DNA from: Thermodesulfobacteriota bacterium
GTDB taxonomy: Bacteria; Desulfobacterota; Desulfobacteria; Desulfobacterales; C00003060
Length of the DNA stretch: 64,000 nucleotides
NCBI GenBank assembly: GCA_034189385.1
Contig: JAXHVD010000011.1
Span: forward strand, 81,388 to 145,387
Direction of reading: 5' to 3'
Shown here: one piece after another, positions 51,777-62,074 of the stretch
How the letters are laid out: each line of letters begins with the position of its first letter
How positions within the stretch are numbered: the stretch's first letter is position 1
Translations under genes and position numbers: made by a program
The notes under the pieces: generated by a model
Databases searched by the model: none
Seen by the model: only the letters and a program-made list of their open reading frames with translations
Told to the model about the DNA's origin: nothing

Positions 51777-52488
51777 CCTTCTCCTCCCTTTCAGCCTGTT
51801 GCGCCAATGGAGCTCTCTATAACCTCCCAAAGGCCAAAAAGTCAACAGATCAGACCGCTCAACAGGTTGATCATCCCTGCGTCCCTCTTTTGGCTTAGGC
51901 AACAGGGCGGTATGGGCGACTCTAGACAGATTCTACTCGGAGTTCATATGATGGACATGATGGACTTCGGGATGGCATTGTACGCTTGCTTCTTGTGGCA
52001 CCCATGTGTAGCCTTTCCAGACGACGTTATCGCAAGGAATGGATGTGATACATCGCAAGCTCAAGCCTTTTTGGCGAAATCGCTGAAGGAAAATGTGTAC
52101 GATTTTAAAGGGTTAGCTGCATTTTGGGCTGATCACAGCACAGTATGGGGTTCAGGGGGGCGTCCCGACAAGAATCGGGATCGCCCAGACAAAAATAGCA
52201 AGTAATTTCGACTGATTATCAAAGCTGATTGCACCCCGTTTTTTGTGTCCTTTTCCGGTTCTGTTCTATCCTATTTGTATCTTACTGCTTTCAGGACTGG
52301 AAGCACCTATCCATGTAAGTATATGATATCATCTCCTGGATTCAGCTGGGCATGTCCTGTGGCTTTCATGGATGAGAAGCTGGAAGCCAGTTGCACAAAG
52401 AAAGGGGTTCGGCTAATCGGAGAGCCCTGGTTCCAAGGGCTGAACGCGGGGCCATGTGACGATCGCTTTCGAAACCATGGGAGGGTTC

Positions 52489-52923
52489 ATGCAAAAACGT
52501 AGACCTTATGTGGGGGTAGGGGTGTGTGTCATCAGAAATGGAATGGTGCTTTTGGGCAAGCGTCGAAATGCCCATGGATCCGGTTCTTGGTGTTTTCCCG
52601 GCGGGCATCTTGAGTTTGGCGAATCCATTGACCAATGTGCCCGCCGTGAAGTCTATGAGGAAACTGGACTCGAGATAAAAACCCTTCGCCACGGCCCCTT
52701 TACAAATGATATCTTCGAAAGGGAGGGGCGGCACTATGTCACCCTTTTTGTCATAGCGGACTACGCCGCAGGTACTCTTGAAGTAAAGGAACCCCACAAG
52801 TGCGAGCGCTGGGCCTGGTATAGGTGGCAGAACCTTCCAGAGCCTCTGTTCTTGCCTAACCAAAACTTACTGAAGGCGGGATTCAACATTGAAGACGATC
52901 TTCCGAGTCGTAGTAGCGTATGA
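52489..52923 (+). CDS. NUDIX hydrolase (NUDT15-like)
   Basis: PGGHLEFGESIDQCARREVYEETGL; EPHKCERWAW. Confidence 0.9.
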   Translation: MQKRRPYVGVGVCVIRNGMVLLGKRRNAHGSGSWCFPGGHLEFGESIDQCARREVYEETGLEIKTLRHGPFTNDIFEREGRHYVTLFVIADYAAGTLEVKEPHKCERWAWYRWQNLPEPLFLPNQNLLKAGFNIEDDLPSRSSV

Positions 52924-53117
52924 AGGCAAATTGGGTGAATAGACTCGGTCCCAGAGGATTTGAGGGTTCGAGAGAAATACTTTTAAAGACCTCCCCCATG
53001 GTGCGTGAGGGCCGACTCCCCCGATCATACAGGAGAGGCCTCTACACCTTTAGGGTTTGATAACAGAAGAGATGATAGTAAGGTGGTAGAGTAAAGGGTG
53101 GCCGGAGAGTACACCAC

Positions 53118-53510
53118 ATGACCGAGATTGAGACACTTGCCAGGGGAAACAAAGTCTTTAAGAAATGCCCTAACTGTGGCTTTGACTGGCCTTCTCGTGG
53201 CGATTTACTTAACGATCCTACGCTAGAAATCATTGGGTACCAGATCCAATTGGAGGAACTTACAGCCGGCATCTTCCTTTTTAATCACTCCTGTCATGGG
53301 ACTCTGGCCATACCGGCAGGTCATTTTGAGGACCTCTATAAGGGCCCCATCTTTACGCAGCAGGCTCACGGCAGCGAAGAGTGCCCTGGCTACTGCTTAC
53401 ACGAAGAAGAGTTGGAGCCCTGTCCTGTCCAGTGCGAAGGTGCCTATGTCCGAGAGATCATACAGATCATAAGGAATTGGCCCAAAGGCCAGGCAATTGC
53501 CGATCCATGA
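53118..53510 (+). CDS. Cys-rich hypothetical protein
   Basis: GGAG RBS; CPNC, HSCHGT, CPGYC, CPVQC. Confidence 0.7.
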   Translation: MTEIETLARGNKVFKKCPNCGFDWPSRGDLLNDPTLEIIGYQIQLEELTAGIFLFNHSCHGTLAIPAGHFEDLYKGPIFTQQAHGSEECPGYCLHEEELEPCPVQCEGAYVREIIQIIRNWPKGQAIADP

Positions 53511-53545
53511 AGACGATGTCTGGCGTTGCCAGATACGGACCAGCA

Positions 53546-53710
53546 TTGAAGACCCTGCAGCAAGCTGCAGGGAATGTTCTACCTAGCGGCAGTGCTTCGC
53601 AGCGACCGTAAGGAATATGTCTCATTTTATATACGCTCGCTAACCCCGCAGCCCGCGAAGCACTGCCGTCAGGCGGAACCTACGGGGAATGCGCTCGCTT
53701 AATCGGTTCA
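53546..53710 (+). repeat. Palindromic MITE/REP-like element, copy 3
   Basis: TTGAAGACCCTGCAGCAAGCTGCAGGGAAT...GCTCGCTAACCCCGCAGC[unit]CTACGGGGAATGCGCTCGCTTAATCGGTTCA. Confidence 0.8.
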
Positions 53711-53730
53711 CCGAGGCCCTCTGAGGGGCC

Positions 53731-54378
53731 TCAAGGGGATCCATCTTTTTCGTCCCATATTTTCTTCAGGAACTTGTCCCGCCCCGATCCATACCTGTAG
53801 TACTTGTACCGTAGCGGGTTCTTGTTGTAATAGTCCTGATGGTATTCCTCAGCCTCGTAGAATCGAGTGGCAGGTACGATCTCAGTAACGATCTTTTCTT
53901 CATAGACCCCTGAATGCTCAAGTTGCTCTTTTGAAGCCAAGGCCAATCGCTTCTGCTCTTCGTTGTGATAGAAGATGGCCGTCCTGTATTGACGCCCCCT
54001 GTCCACGAACTGCCCGTCTACTTGGGTGGGATCGATGTTTCTCCAGAAGACGTCCAGCAACGCCTCATAGGTCATGACAGACGGGTCGTACACGATCTGA
54101 ATGGCTTCAGCGTGTCCTGTCCTTCCAGAAGCCACGTCCTCGTATGTGGGGTTTTCTTCCTGCCCCCCTGCATAACCCACCGTGGTAGATATGACGCCCC
54201 TTAGTTGATCAAAAGGGGGTTCCATGCACCAGAAACAGCCCCCGGCAAACGTCGCTTTCTCAAACTTCCCTTTCTTAGACGCTGCATCACCACTTGCCGG
54301 TTCAGCATAGCCAGCATTCATCGCAGTCAAAAAGATCACCCCCATGATGGATGTCGTGAAACGATGGTAGATGTTCAT
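53731..54378 (-). CDS. msrA: Peptide methionine sulfoxide reductase A with signal peptide
   Basis: FAGGCFWCME, GYAGG, TGHAEA, AEEYHQDYY. Confidence 0.93.
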   Translation of the reverse strand: MNIYHRFTTSIMGVIFLTAMNAGYAEPASGDAASKKGKFEKATFAGGCFWCMEPPFDQLRGVISTTVGYAGGQEENPTYEDVASGRTGHAEAIQIVYDPSVMTYEALLDVFWRNIDPTQVDGQFVDRGRQYRTAIFYHNEEQKRLALASKEQLEHSGVYEEKIVTEIVPATRFYEAEEYHQDYYNKNPLRYKYYRYGSGRDKFLKKIWDEKDGSP

Positions 54379-54500
54379 ATGGCTCTCCCACCAGTAAAGA
54401 AGAGACAGTCCCTTGCGGCCATAAAGCCTGTCCATAACCGATCCGTCGACACCCCATACATGGCGTGTCACAGGCGCCTCTCCGGCCGTCTTTTATCTCT

Positions 54501-54665
54501 CTAGCTTGACTTCTCTTGACTGTCTTCCCGACGGCAAATACAATCCCTTTCCCCACAGTGGTCGCATACATAATGAGCGTGGGGCAGTTCTTCCTTGTTG
54601 CGCTGTCTCATGAACAGATAGACCACCAGGCCTATCACGATGACGATTCCAATGATGGTCCACAT
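54501..54665 (-). CDS. Small membrane protein with CxxC-x4-CxC
   Basis: AGGAG/AAAGG RBS; MWTIIGIVIVIGLVVYLF TM segment; YVCDHCGERDCIC. Confidence 0.6.
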   Translation of the reverse strand: MWTIIGIVIVIGLVVYLFMRQRNKEELPHAHYVCDHCGERDCICRREDSQEKSS

Positions 54666-54743
54666 CCTTTTCTCCTGCTGTTGCCGTGCCCCAAAGACGC
54701 GGCCTTTCTTCACTGAGTCCTTGTTTCCCTGCGGCTCTTGCCA

Positions 54744-56660
54744 CTATGCCACTTCTTGGTAGTCCGCATCTACCACATCATCGTCCCCTGACCCGCTGGT
54801 GCCCTGACATGAAGGACCCCCTGCACCATGGCCACATCCTTGGCCTTGAGCGGCGCCCGATTGCTGGTACATAGAGGCGGCCATCTGGTGAGAGGCCTGG
54901 GTCAGGACCTCGGTCAGTCTTTTCATCTCAGAGACATCCTCACGTTCCATGGCTTCTTTCAGGTCCTTGATTGCCTCTGTGACGGCGGCCCTGGTAGCAC
55001 TGTCTACCACGTGCCCTTGTTCGGCCATGGACTTCTCCGTTGCATAGATCAGGGCGTCTGCACTGTTGCGGGCATCTACGAGGTCCTTCTTTTTCCTGTC
55101 TTCCTCTGCGTGCAGCTCGGCGTCCTTCACTAGTCTATCGATCTCCTCTTTGGACAGGCCCGAAGAGGCGGTGATCCGAATGGATTGCTCCTTACCCGTG
55201 GCCCGATCCTTTGCAGAGACGTCCACGATCCCATTGGCATCAATGTCGAAAGTGACTTCAATCTGCGGCATCCCTCTCGGTGCCGGGGTGATGCCCACGA
55301 GTTCGAAACGCCCAAGGGTCTTGTTGTCAGAAGCCATTTCCCGTTCCCCTTGGAGCACATGGACGGAAACGGCAGGCTGGTTGTCTTCCGCCGTGGAAAA
55401 GACCTCGCTCTTTTTAGCGGGAATGGTCGTGTTTTTGTCAATGAGCTTGGTCATCACCCCACCCAAGGTCTCAATTCCCAGAGAAAGGGGCGTCACGTCC
55501 AATAGCAGAACGTCATCTACATCTCCTGTAAGGACAGCTCCTTGAATCGCCGCGCCAAGAGCCACCACCTCGTCTGGGTTCACGCCCCGGTTGGGCTCCT
55601 TGCCGAAGATTCTCTTCACCCGCTCCTGCACCGCAGGCATCCTTGTCATCCCACCTACGAGGATGACCTCCTTGACGTCACCGTTGGACATACCTGCATC
55701 CTTCATGGCCACCTGGCAGGGGCCTTCCAGCTTGTTCAACAGGTCGCCCACCAGGGCTTCCAGCTTGGATCGGGTAATCTTCATGTTCAGGTGCTTGGGC
55801 CCACTCGCATCGGCAGTGATGAAGGGCAGATTGACATCCGTTTCCATAGCGGTGGACAATTCCATTTTTGCCTTTTCAGCCGCCTCTTTTAGCCGCTGGA
55901 GCGCCATTTTGTCATTCCTCAAATCAATCCCCTGGTCTTTCTTGAACTCATCGGCCAGATAGTCCACGAGTCTAAGATCAAAATCCTCGCCCCCTAGATG
56001 GGTGTCCCCATTGGTGGCCTTGACCTCAAAGACGCCATCGCCGATCTCAAGGATAGAGATGTCAAAAGTGCCGCCCCCAAGATCAAATACGGCGATCTTT
56101 TCTTCTGATTTCTTGTCCAGGCCATAGGCCAAGGAAGCGGCCGTGGGCTCATTGATGATCCGCAATACGTTGAGGCCCGCGATCTTTCCGGCATCCTTTG
56201 TGGCCTGTCTCTGGCTGTCACTGAAGTAGGCCGGCACCGTAATCACTGCATCCGTTATCTTTTCTCCCAGGTATTGCTCAGCAGACTTCTTGATACTTGC
56301 CAGAATGTGAGATGATATCTCGGCAGGACTGTAAGGCCTGCCTCTAAGATCAATTCGGACATCGCCATTGTCTGCCCTATCGATCTTGTAAGGCAGGATC
56401 TTCGTGTCATTTTGGACCTCAGGCGAATCGTACTTGCGTCCGATCAGCCGCTTGACCCCAAAGACGGTGTTCTCGGGATTGGTGACAGCTTGCCTTTTGG
56501 CAATCTGCCCCACTAATCTTTCCCCACGGTCAGAAACGGCAACGATGGAGGGCGTGGTCCGCCCGCCCTCGGCATTCGTAATGACCTTGGCCTCGCCGCC
56601 TTCCGTGACCGATACACAGGAGTTGGTCGTGCCCAGGTCTATTCCTATGATTTTGCTCAT
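54744..56660 (-). CDS. dnaK: Molecular chaperone DnaK (Hsp70)
   Basis: [48 protein letters not shown]. Confidence 0.97.
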   Translation of the reverse strand: MSKIIGIDLGTTNSCVSVTEGGEAKVITNAEGGRTTPSIVAVSDRGERLVGQIAKRQAVTNPENTVFGVKRLIGRKYDSPEVQNDTKILPYKIDRADNGDVRIDLRGRPYSPAEISSHILASIKKSAEQYLGEKITDAVITVPAYFSDSQRQATKDAGKIAGLNVLRIINEPTAASLAYGLDKKSEEKIAVFDLGGGTFDISILEIGDGVFEVKATNGDTHLGGEDFDLRLVDYLADEFKKDQGIDLRNDKMALQRLKEAAEKAKMELSTAMETDVNLPFITADASGPKHLNMKITRSKLEALVGDLLNKLEGPCQVAMKDAGMSNGDVKEVILVGGMTRMPAVQERVKRIFGKEPNRGVNPDEVVALGAAIQGAVLTGDVDDVLLLDVTPLSLGIETLGGVMTKLIDKNTTIPAKKSEVFSTAEDNQPAVSVHVLQGEREMASDNKTLGRFELVGITPAPRGMPQIEVTFDIDANGIVDVSAKDRATGKEQSIRITASSGLSKEEIDRLVKDAELHAEEDRKKKDLVDARNSADALIYATEKSMAEQGHVVDSATRAAVTEAIKDLKEAMEREDVSEMKRLTEVLTQASHQMAASMYQQSGAAQGQGCGHGAGGPSCQGTSGSGDDDVVDADYQEVA

Positions 56661-56954
56661 TCTATTTTCCTCCTTGTCTGTGATGATGACCACCCCTTGC
56701 AGGAAGGCCCATGGCCGGCGACCGACGCTCCTCTTTTCCCAAAATGATGGACATCATGTATGTTGTATGTCGTACCTCTAAACATAATCATCTGATACGA
56801 TCCGTCAACAATCGGAATATGATTTATTATTATATTATTTTTTTTAAAATTGATTAAGAGTAATGAAGCTCTCTCGTAGGGCGGACAGGTGTTGGGGGGA
56901 GGGCATTTGGCAAGGACAGTCTGTCCGCGGATGGGCCGAGCCCAGCGGATGGAC

Positions 56955-57551
56955 CTAGAAGTTTTCTATGATGTCACTGCGTTCCACAAGGCACTGGATG
57001 CTGCCTTGGGCGTGGCGACAAGCCCTGATGGCACTTTCAAGATGCTCTGAGACCGGATCATCGTTGCCCAAAACTGCTCTGGACCTTTGCAGCAGCCTTT
57101 CGCCCTTTTTCACGTACTGGCTGATCTCGTCCAGGATTTGTTTCCGCTTCCCATGTTTTTTTCGCTCCTGAGCAACGATGGGAACAAGTCGCTCAATCGA
57201 ATACTCCACAAGGGCATCCCGCGGGGCGTCGAATCTTTTGGCGGCCTCCCCAAGGCTGGACAGGGTTTTCCGGCTCAGGACATATGTTTTTTGAACTCGG
57301 TCCAGCCGATCGAACCTGTCCAAAGGCATGGCACTGGCAACGACATGAAGCGATTCCCTGTCATCCATGAGATGATCAAAAAGAGATTTCTGCTTGATAC
57401 CCAGATGAGCAGCCACAGCACTCATCGTGTCGATAGCCTTCTGTGTCAGCCTAAAGGTTGCCCTTACAGATTGCCTCCCCCTCAGGTCCGAACAAGACGG
57501 CAACCTCACAGTGCACACCTTTTCGGGTTTCTCGTCATCCCTCTTTTTCAT
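56955..57551 (-). CDS. Hypothetical protein, predicted tandem ribbon-helix-helix plus coiled coil
   Basis: Two similar strand-helix-helix segments (SVRATFRLTQKAIDTM...LGIKQKSLFDHL and VQKTYVLSRKTLSSL...FDAPRDALVEYSI). Confidence 0.7.
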   Translation of the reverse strand: MKKRDDEKPEKVCTVRLPSCSDLRGRQSVRATFRLTQKAIDTMSAVAAHLGIKQKSLFDHLMDDRESLHVVASAMPLDRFDRLDRVQKTYVLSRKTLSSLGEAAKRFDAPRDALVEYSIERLVPIVAQERKKHGKRKQILDEISQYVKKGERLLQRSRAVLGNDDPVSEHLESAIRACRHAQGSIQCLVERSDIIENF

Positions 57552-57788
57552 GCCTTCCTCTGCCTATCATCATCTATTGATCTGTAATCATCTCCAAACG
57601 TTTCTGAGTGATTGGAAAATTTTTTTGATGGGAGACCTATTAATTCATTACTTGAATATAGTACGAAGATTTAATAATGCAACCTTTTTCGCTTTTTTAT
57701 TGACAGGTCTCATATCATGCTTACCGTAGTTCTAAGATACAAAAACCAGGTACTACACAAATGAAGACGCTAATGAAAGGAGAAACCA

Positions 57789-58202
57789 ATGAATCTTGTA
57801 GGATGGACACCCTTAGATCGTTTATTGGGCCACAGTCTTTTTCCGATCTGTTGGTCAGACCATGAACCCAGGCAAGCGCCGTGGAAGCCCCTGGTGGACA
57901 TTTATGATGATGACAAGGCGATCATCATCACGGCTGAACTTCCGGGAGTGGACAGGAAAGAGATCTCTATTGATGTCCATGACAGGGTCCTGACTTTGCG
58001 GGCTGGGCGTTCCCAAGCCGGGGAAGTGAAAGAGGAGCGGTATCATCGCAGAGAACGGGCCTTGGGGAGATTTGAAAGGTCTTTCAGACTGCCGGCAGAT
58101 GTCGATTCCGACGCGATCAAAGCAGAATACAAAGACGGTGTACTTAGGATCGACATTCCAAAACCTGAGGTACAAGAACCGAAACAGATTACCGTCCACT
58201 GA
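57789..58202 (+). CDS. Small heat shock protein (Hsp20)
   Basis: PLVDIYD, AELPGV, RFERSFRLP, AEYKDGVLRIDIPK. Confidence 0.93.
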   Translation: MNLVGWTPLDRLLGHSLFPICWSDHEPRQAPWKPLVDIYDDDKAIIITAELPGVDRKEISIDVHDRVLTLRAGRSQAGEVKEERYHRRERALGRFERSFRLPADVDSDAIKAEYKDGVLRIDIPKPEVQEPKQITVH

Positions 58203-58232
58203 GCAGAGCTGATCTGCTATTCCTCCCAGCCC

Positions 58233-58267
58233 AGGGGGTGGCGTGACAAAAAGCCACCCCTTTTATT
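58233..58267 (+). terminator. Terminator after hsp20
   Basis: GGGGTGGC...GCCACCCC followed by TTTTATT. Confidence 0.7.
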
Positions 58268-58306
58268 GTTGAGATCTAAGCACCCTTTCCATCCAGGCCT
58301 GCCTGA

Positions 58307-59005
58307 TCATGAAGGGCTTTCCTCATCCTCCAACAGATGAATCTCTCCCGTGGTTGTGTCAAAGGCCATGGCCTGGAAGGGGGCTCTGCCTTCGTAACCA
58401 TCTGCGCCCATTCCATGGGCTGCGGCACCGCCAGCACCGGTTACAATGAGGGGTATCCCGTGGTACTCCTTGCGGTCATATGCGTGTATGTGACCGAAAA
58501 AACAGGCCCGAACCTGATCGCGAAACTCGTCCAGCACCGCAAAGAAACGGGAAGTGCACTTCTTCGAAAGCGAGTGAAATTCCCAGCCCGGGACGTAGGG
58601 AGGCATATGCGAATAGATGATGATATCGTTTTTCATCTGTTCACGGAGCCAGTTGGCGTTTTCCTCTGTAAAGACGCCGTCTGCGGTGTTCACACCAATG
58701 AACCGCCAACGGCCGAGATCCGTCACTTTCCGCGGCGGGCCCCAGTAGCGTTCAAAGATGTAAACAGGGCGGTCATGGTCACCCATGGCGACCACCCATT
58801 CCCATGGAAACTTGCGGCAGTGTTCTAATGTCTCTTCATGTTGGGCCTCTAACCCGTATTGCGACATATCCCCAGGCACGAACACGTGCGAAGGCTGGTA
58901 CCTTTCCCTCAAGAGCTCTGCTATCCGTAGAAAGTTTTTCTGCCAGCCTGCCCGACAGGCCGGATCACCCAATATGCCTACATATCTTCCGAACTCCTTG
59001 GCCAC
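58307..59005 (-). CDS. Metallophosphoesterase (calcineurin-like)
   Basis: GD, PGD, GDHD, HMPP and FFGHIH motifs. Confidence 0.8.
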   Translation of the reverse strand: MAKEFGRYVGILGDPACRAGWQKNFLRIAELLRERYQPSHVFVPGDMSQYGLEAQHEETLEHCRKFPWEWVVAMGDHDRPVYIFERYWGPPRKVTDLGRWRFIGVNTADGVFTEENANWLREQMKNDIIIYSHMPPYVPGWEFHSLSKKCTSRFFAVLDEFRDQVRACFFGHIHAYDRKEYHGIPLIVTGAGGAAAHGMGADGYEGRAPFQAMAFDTTTGEIHLLEDEESPS

Positions 59006-59051
59006 TCCTTTAAACTCCCTTGTTGGTTTATTCCTTGGATGGGCGAGAAAA

Positions 59052-59127
59052 TGAACCTCCCCGCGGCAAGCCGCGGGGCATCTAAAAAGGATAATTGACT
59101 TTCTATGCAGTAAGCCGCGGGGATTCA
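59052..59127 (+). repeat. Related palindromic element (CCCCGCGGCAAGCCGCGGGG hairpin)
   Basis: TGAACCTCCCCGCGGCAAGCCGCGGGG..., plus a second partial hairpin GCAGTAAGCCGCGGGGATTCA. Confidence 0.65.
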
Positions 59128-59234
59128 GACCCTAAGACAGAACGAATACCCCTGCGGACACAGAAGAGACAGAGATCCCCCGGGCATTGGCCAATTAGTA
59201 AACGGAGGTTTCAGTATGGAATAGCGGCTACGGC

Positions 59235-59708
59235 TCAGTCCACTACAATCACAGAGACCTTCTTCGCCAGCTGCACCACCTTGTTGGAGACACTGCCAAA
59301 AAGAAACTGCTTGACACTTGAAAGGCCCCGTCTCCCTATGACAAGCGTATCATACTTTCCTTGTTGCGCTTCTTTCAGGATATCTCTTGCAATACCCACC
59401 TTCTTCTTGCGAATCCTTGTCGTTACATCCTTAGACGCAAAGCCTGCCTCAACGAGGACCTTCTTGGCCTTTTCCATAAAGGTCTTTAAGCGGTCCTTCT
59501 TCGTCTCCTCGATGGCGCAGAATGCCTGCTTGTTCTTCTTGAATGTAGGCGTTAGGCTCGGGCTGTCCAGCCCGCATGCTGCCGTGGGGTCCGGTATCAC
59601 ACTAAAGAGCGTGACATGGCCCTCAGGCTGCATGCTCTTGGCCACATAGTTCACCGCTTTCATCGCATTCTTGGATTCATCCACTGCCAACAAGATCCTT
59701 TTTGCCAT
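59235..59708 (-). CDS. Universal stress protein
   Basis: RILLAVDES; VIGRRG...FLFGSVSNKVV. Confidence 0.92.
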   Translation of the reverse strand: MAKRILLAVDESKNAMKAVNYVAKSMQPEGHVTLFSVIPDPTAACGLDSPSLTPTFKKNKQAFCAIEETKKDRLKTFMEKAKKVLVEAGFASKDVTTRIRKKKVGIARDILKEAQQGKYDTLVIGRRGLSSVKQFLFGSVSNKVVQLAKKVSVIVVD

Positions 59709-59890
59709 TTCTCTTCTCCTTTCGCCAGCTAGGTTTCCAGACAATGTCTCGGTTATTGGTAGGCATTCCACATGGCACAGTCAGCGATGGATCCCAAAAC
59801 GATTCTACTCTTTAACTGCAAGACCAGCCTCCGACCCTCCCCTGCGGGGAGCCTCTGCGAACCGGAGACTATCTGCCCGGGGCACAAACC

Positions 59891-60052
59891 CTATTCCCCG
59901 CTACGGGAATCATCGCACGGCTCATCCTCGTTGCCCCCCCTGGCATGCTCGGCACTGGGCGCTGTGGTGCAAAACTCCAGCGGCGCTTCATCCTTTTTCT
60001 TTTTCTTCTTCTTTGCCTCTTCCTCGGACATCTCCTGTTTTTCTTCTGACAT
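59891..60052 (-). CDS. Small charged protein (53 aa), absent from the ORF track
   Basis: AAAGGGGGGTG RBS; MSEEKQEMSEEEAKKKKKKKDEAPLEFCTTAPSAEHARGGNEDEPCDDSRSGE*. Confidence 0.6.
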   Translation of the reverse strand: MSEEKQEMSEEEAKKKKKKKDEAPLEFCTTAPSAEHARGGNEDEPCDDSRSGE

Positions 60053-60535
60053 GATCTTCACCCCCCTTTCATGTCGCCCCGGTCCACTTGCATCCCCATC
60101 GCATCCAACCGAGCAACGGGCTAGTCGGGTCTCTGAAAAAACAAGATACGGCCTTCGCGTGTTACCCTCTGTCTTTCCCTTAGTATATGACAGGGCCTTT
60201 CATGGGACTCGTCTTGACTCTTGCCATCCATCCTCTTAGCACCGAAGAGTGACAAAATCAAGGCTGCGACACGTTGATGTAGCATTTTGCTCTATTCTCT
60301 GTTCCGGGATGACACACCTCCAGGGACCGAATTTCCTGAATGCCTCTCTTTTGCTAGCCAATGGTTGCCCAAAAAAGGTGATGAGAACCACTCGTCAAGA
60401 TGGGAGCAGTGGAAGCGATCCTCACGCAAAGGGCCTCTTCTTTCTCCAGGGAAAAGCCATCTCCATGGCCGCTAAACTGGGATTCCAAGACAAGACCAGG
60501 CATCTTTCGCATGGGACTTAGGGAAGACCACAGGC

Positions 60536-61198
60536 TCACCGACTGTCAGCCATCAGATGGGGACAAAATGAGGCCAACTCAAGCTCGAAGCCCTGTCTGT
60601 CCACATACCATATGGTATGGAGGCCCACCCCGTTGGCCCTATCAATGTGTGATTCATGGTCATCGACAAAGAGTGCCTGCCCTGCCTGAACCCCCATGTG
60701 TGCCAATACGTCTTCAAAGACTGAGATATCCTTTTTGCTCTTTCCCAGGTGGTAGCTGTTAAAAACGTGCTCAAACCATCTAAAGAAGCTGTATCTGGCA
60801 TTGAGCTCATCCAGCCAGTTGGTCTGGTCGCTCAAAATGGCCAGGCGCATGCCCTTTTGTTTTAGCTTCTTTACAAGGTCTAGCATCCAGGGCCGAAGCC
60901 TGAAATGCGATAGGATCTTGTCCCTGAGGATGCTGTCCGGGTCCTTGATATGGGTTTTTTCCCGCAAGGCTGCCCAGAACGCCTTCTCATCGGAGCGACC
61001 CAGAACATAGCCTACTTCAAAAACAAGCTCAAAGCCCGTCCTGGCAAAGCCGCTCGGCTCAAGCCCGTTTCTTTTGGCAATGGCAACAAGCCCGTTCCTA
61101 AACCCTTCTTCCGCCAGCACCCCGCCAAAGTCAAAGAAGATGGCATCGACGGTGCAGGGTTTTGATGAGGGATGGATGGTTTCCTTTAGTGTGGTCAC
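60536..61198 (-). CDS. HAD-family phosphatase
   Basis: FFDFGGVL, ILSDQ, K, LFVDD; start uncertain. Confidence 0.85.
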   Translation of the reverse strand: MTTLKETIHPSSKPCTVDAIFFDFGGVLAEEGFRNGLVAIAKRNGLEPSGFARTGFELVFEVGYVLGRSDEKAFWAALREKTHIKDPDSILRDKILSHFRLRPWMLDLVKKLKQKGMRLAILSDQTNWLDELNARYSFFRWFEHVFNSYHLGKSKKDISVFEDVLAHMGVQAGQALFVDDHESHIDRANGVGLHTIWYVDRQGFELELASFCPHLMADSR

Positions 61199-61261
61199 AA
61201 CAAAGAAGTCACTGGGATGGCAAAGATGAAGCTACAACCACGGCAGGGGGTTGTGAGCACC

Positions 61262-62074
61262 TCACACAAGATTCAGCGACCAATCATACTCATGATAGAC
61301 AATACGCAATCCAGGGCCAACCCCTGTCAGAAAATCCTTGTCTTCAGGGTCAAAGCGATACTTGATCAAGAAAGAAAGAAGCCCCTTCGTGCCGCCGAAG
61401 TCTCCCTTATACCACTTGAAAATCCTAGAGATCCTGAGGGTCTTCTTTCCCTTTTCGATGAGCACTTCGTCACTGTTAATGAAAGCCTCACTCACCAGGT
61501 CCAACTGCTCGTCAATCTCCCCCTTCTCATATACTGCGATGGGAGGGCACGAGTTTGAGCCGCAGACCAAGGCAAAGTGTATCCTCGGGTCAGCCTCCTC
61601 AAGAGCGAATCCCTTCCTGGGATCCCTTTGCGAGAAAGGCCTCCGAGCCAGGAGATGTTTCTTCTTGTTCCCCCTGAGTATTCCGTGTTCCATGTCGTCC
61701 AGGCTAAAGGGATACCCCCCCACATTGTAACAAAGGATCTGAAAGAAAGATCGCACCTCTTTTACGCTTTTCCTTATGTCCAACTCAAGGATGCCGTGAA
61801 CCACGAGGGCATTGTAGAGATTTATCCAGAATGCCAGCCGCGCTTCTCTTGTCGTGAGCTTGCCTGGATCAAAGGAGACAAGACCCCTTGCGGCAGCCTT
61901 GTATTCTTGAAAAGCATCGGAATCCTTCAACCCCTCGTAGTCCACACCCCCCCTTTCCAGATCAAAGAAATCAAGTTTCAGACCGTCTATTTTGCTTTTC
62001 AGTTGTCGGTCAATCTCTTTGCCGGCAACCAGGGGGGCCGGCCCTGCAGATTCATTTAGGACAAGACGCTTCAT
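61262..62074 (-). CDS. DUF547 domain protein
   Basis: LAFWINLYNAL, SLDDMEHGILRGN, DPRIHFALVCGSNSCP, FKWY, YDWSLN. Confidence 0.9.
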   Translation of the reverse strand: MKRLVLNESAGPAPLVAGKEIDRQLKSKIDGLKLDFFDLERGGVDYEGLKDSDAFQEYKAAARGLVSFDPGKLTTREARLAFWINLYNALVVHGILELDIRKSVKEVRSFFQILCYNVGGYPFSLDDMEHGILRGNKKKHLLARRPFSQRDPRKGFALEEADPRIHFALVCGSNSCPPIAVYEKGEIDEQLDLVSEAFINSDEVLIEKGKKTLRISRIFKWYKGDFGGTKGLLSFLIKYRFDPEDKDFLTGVGPGLRIVYHEYDWSLNLV

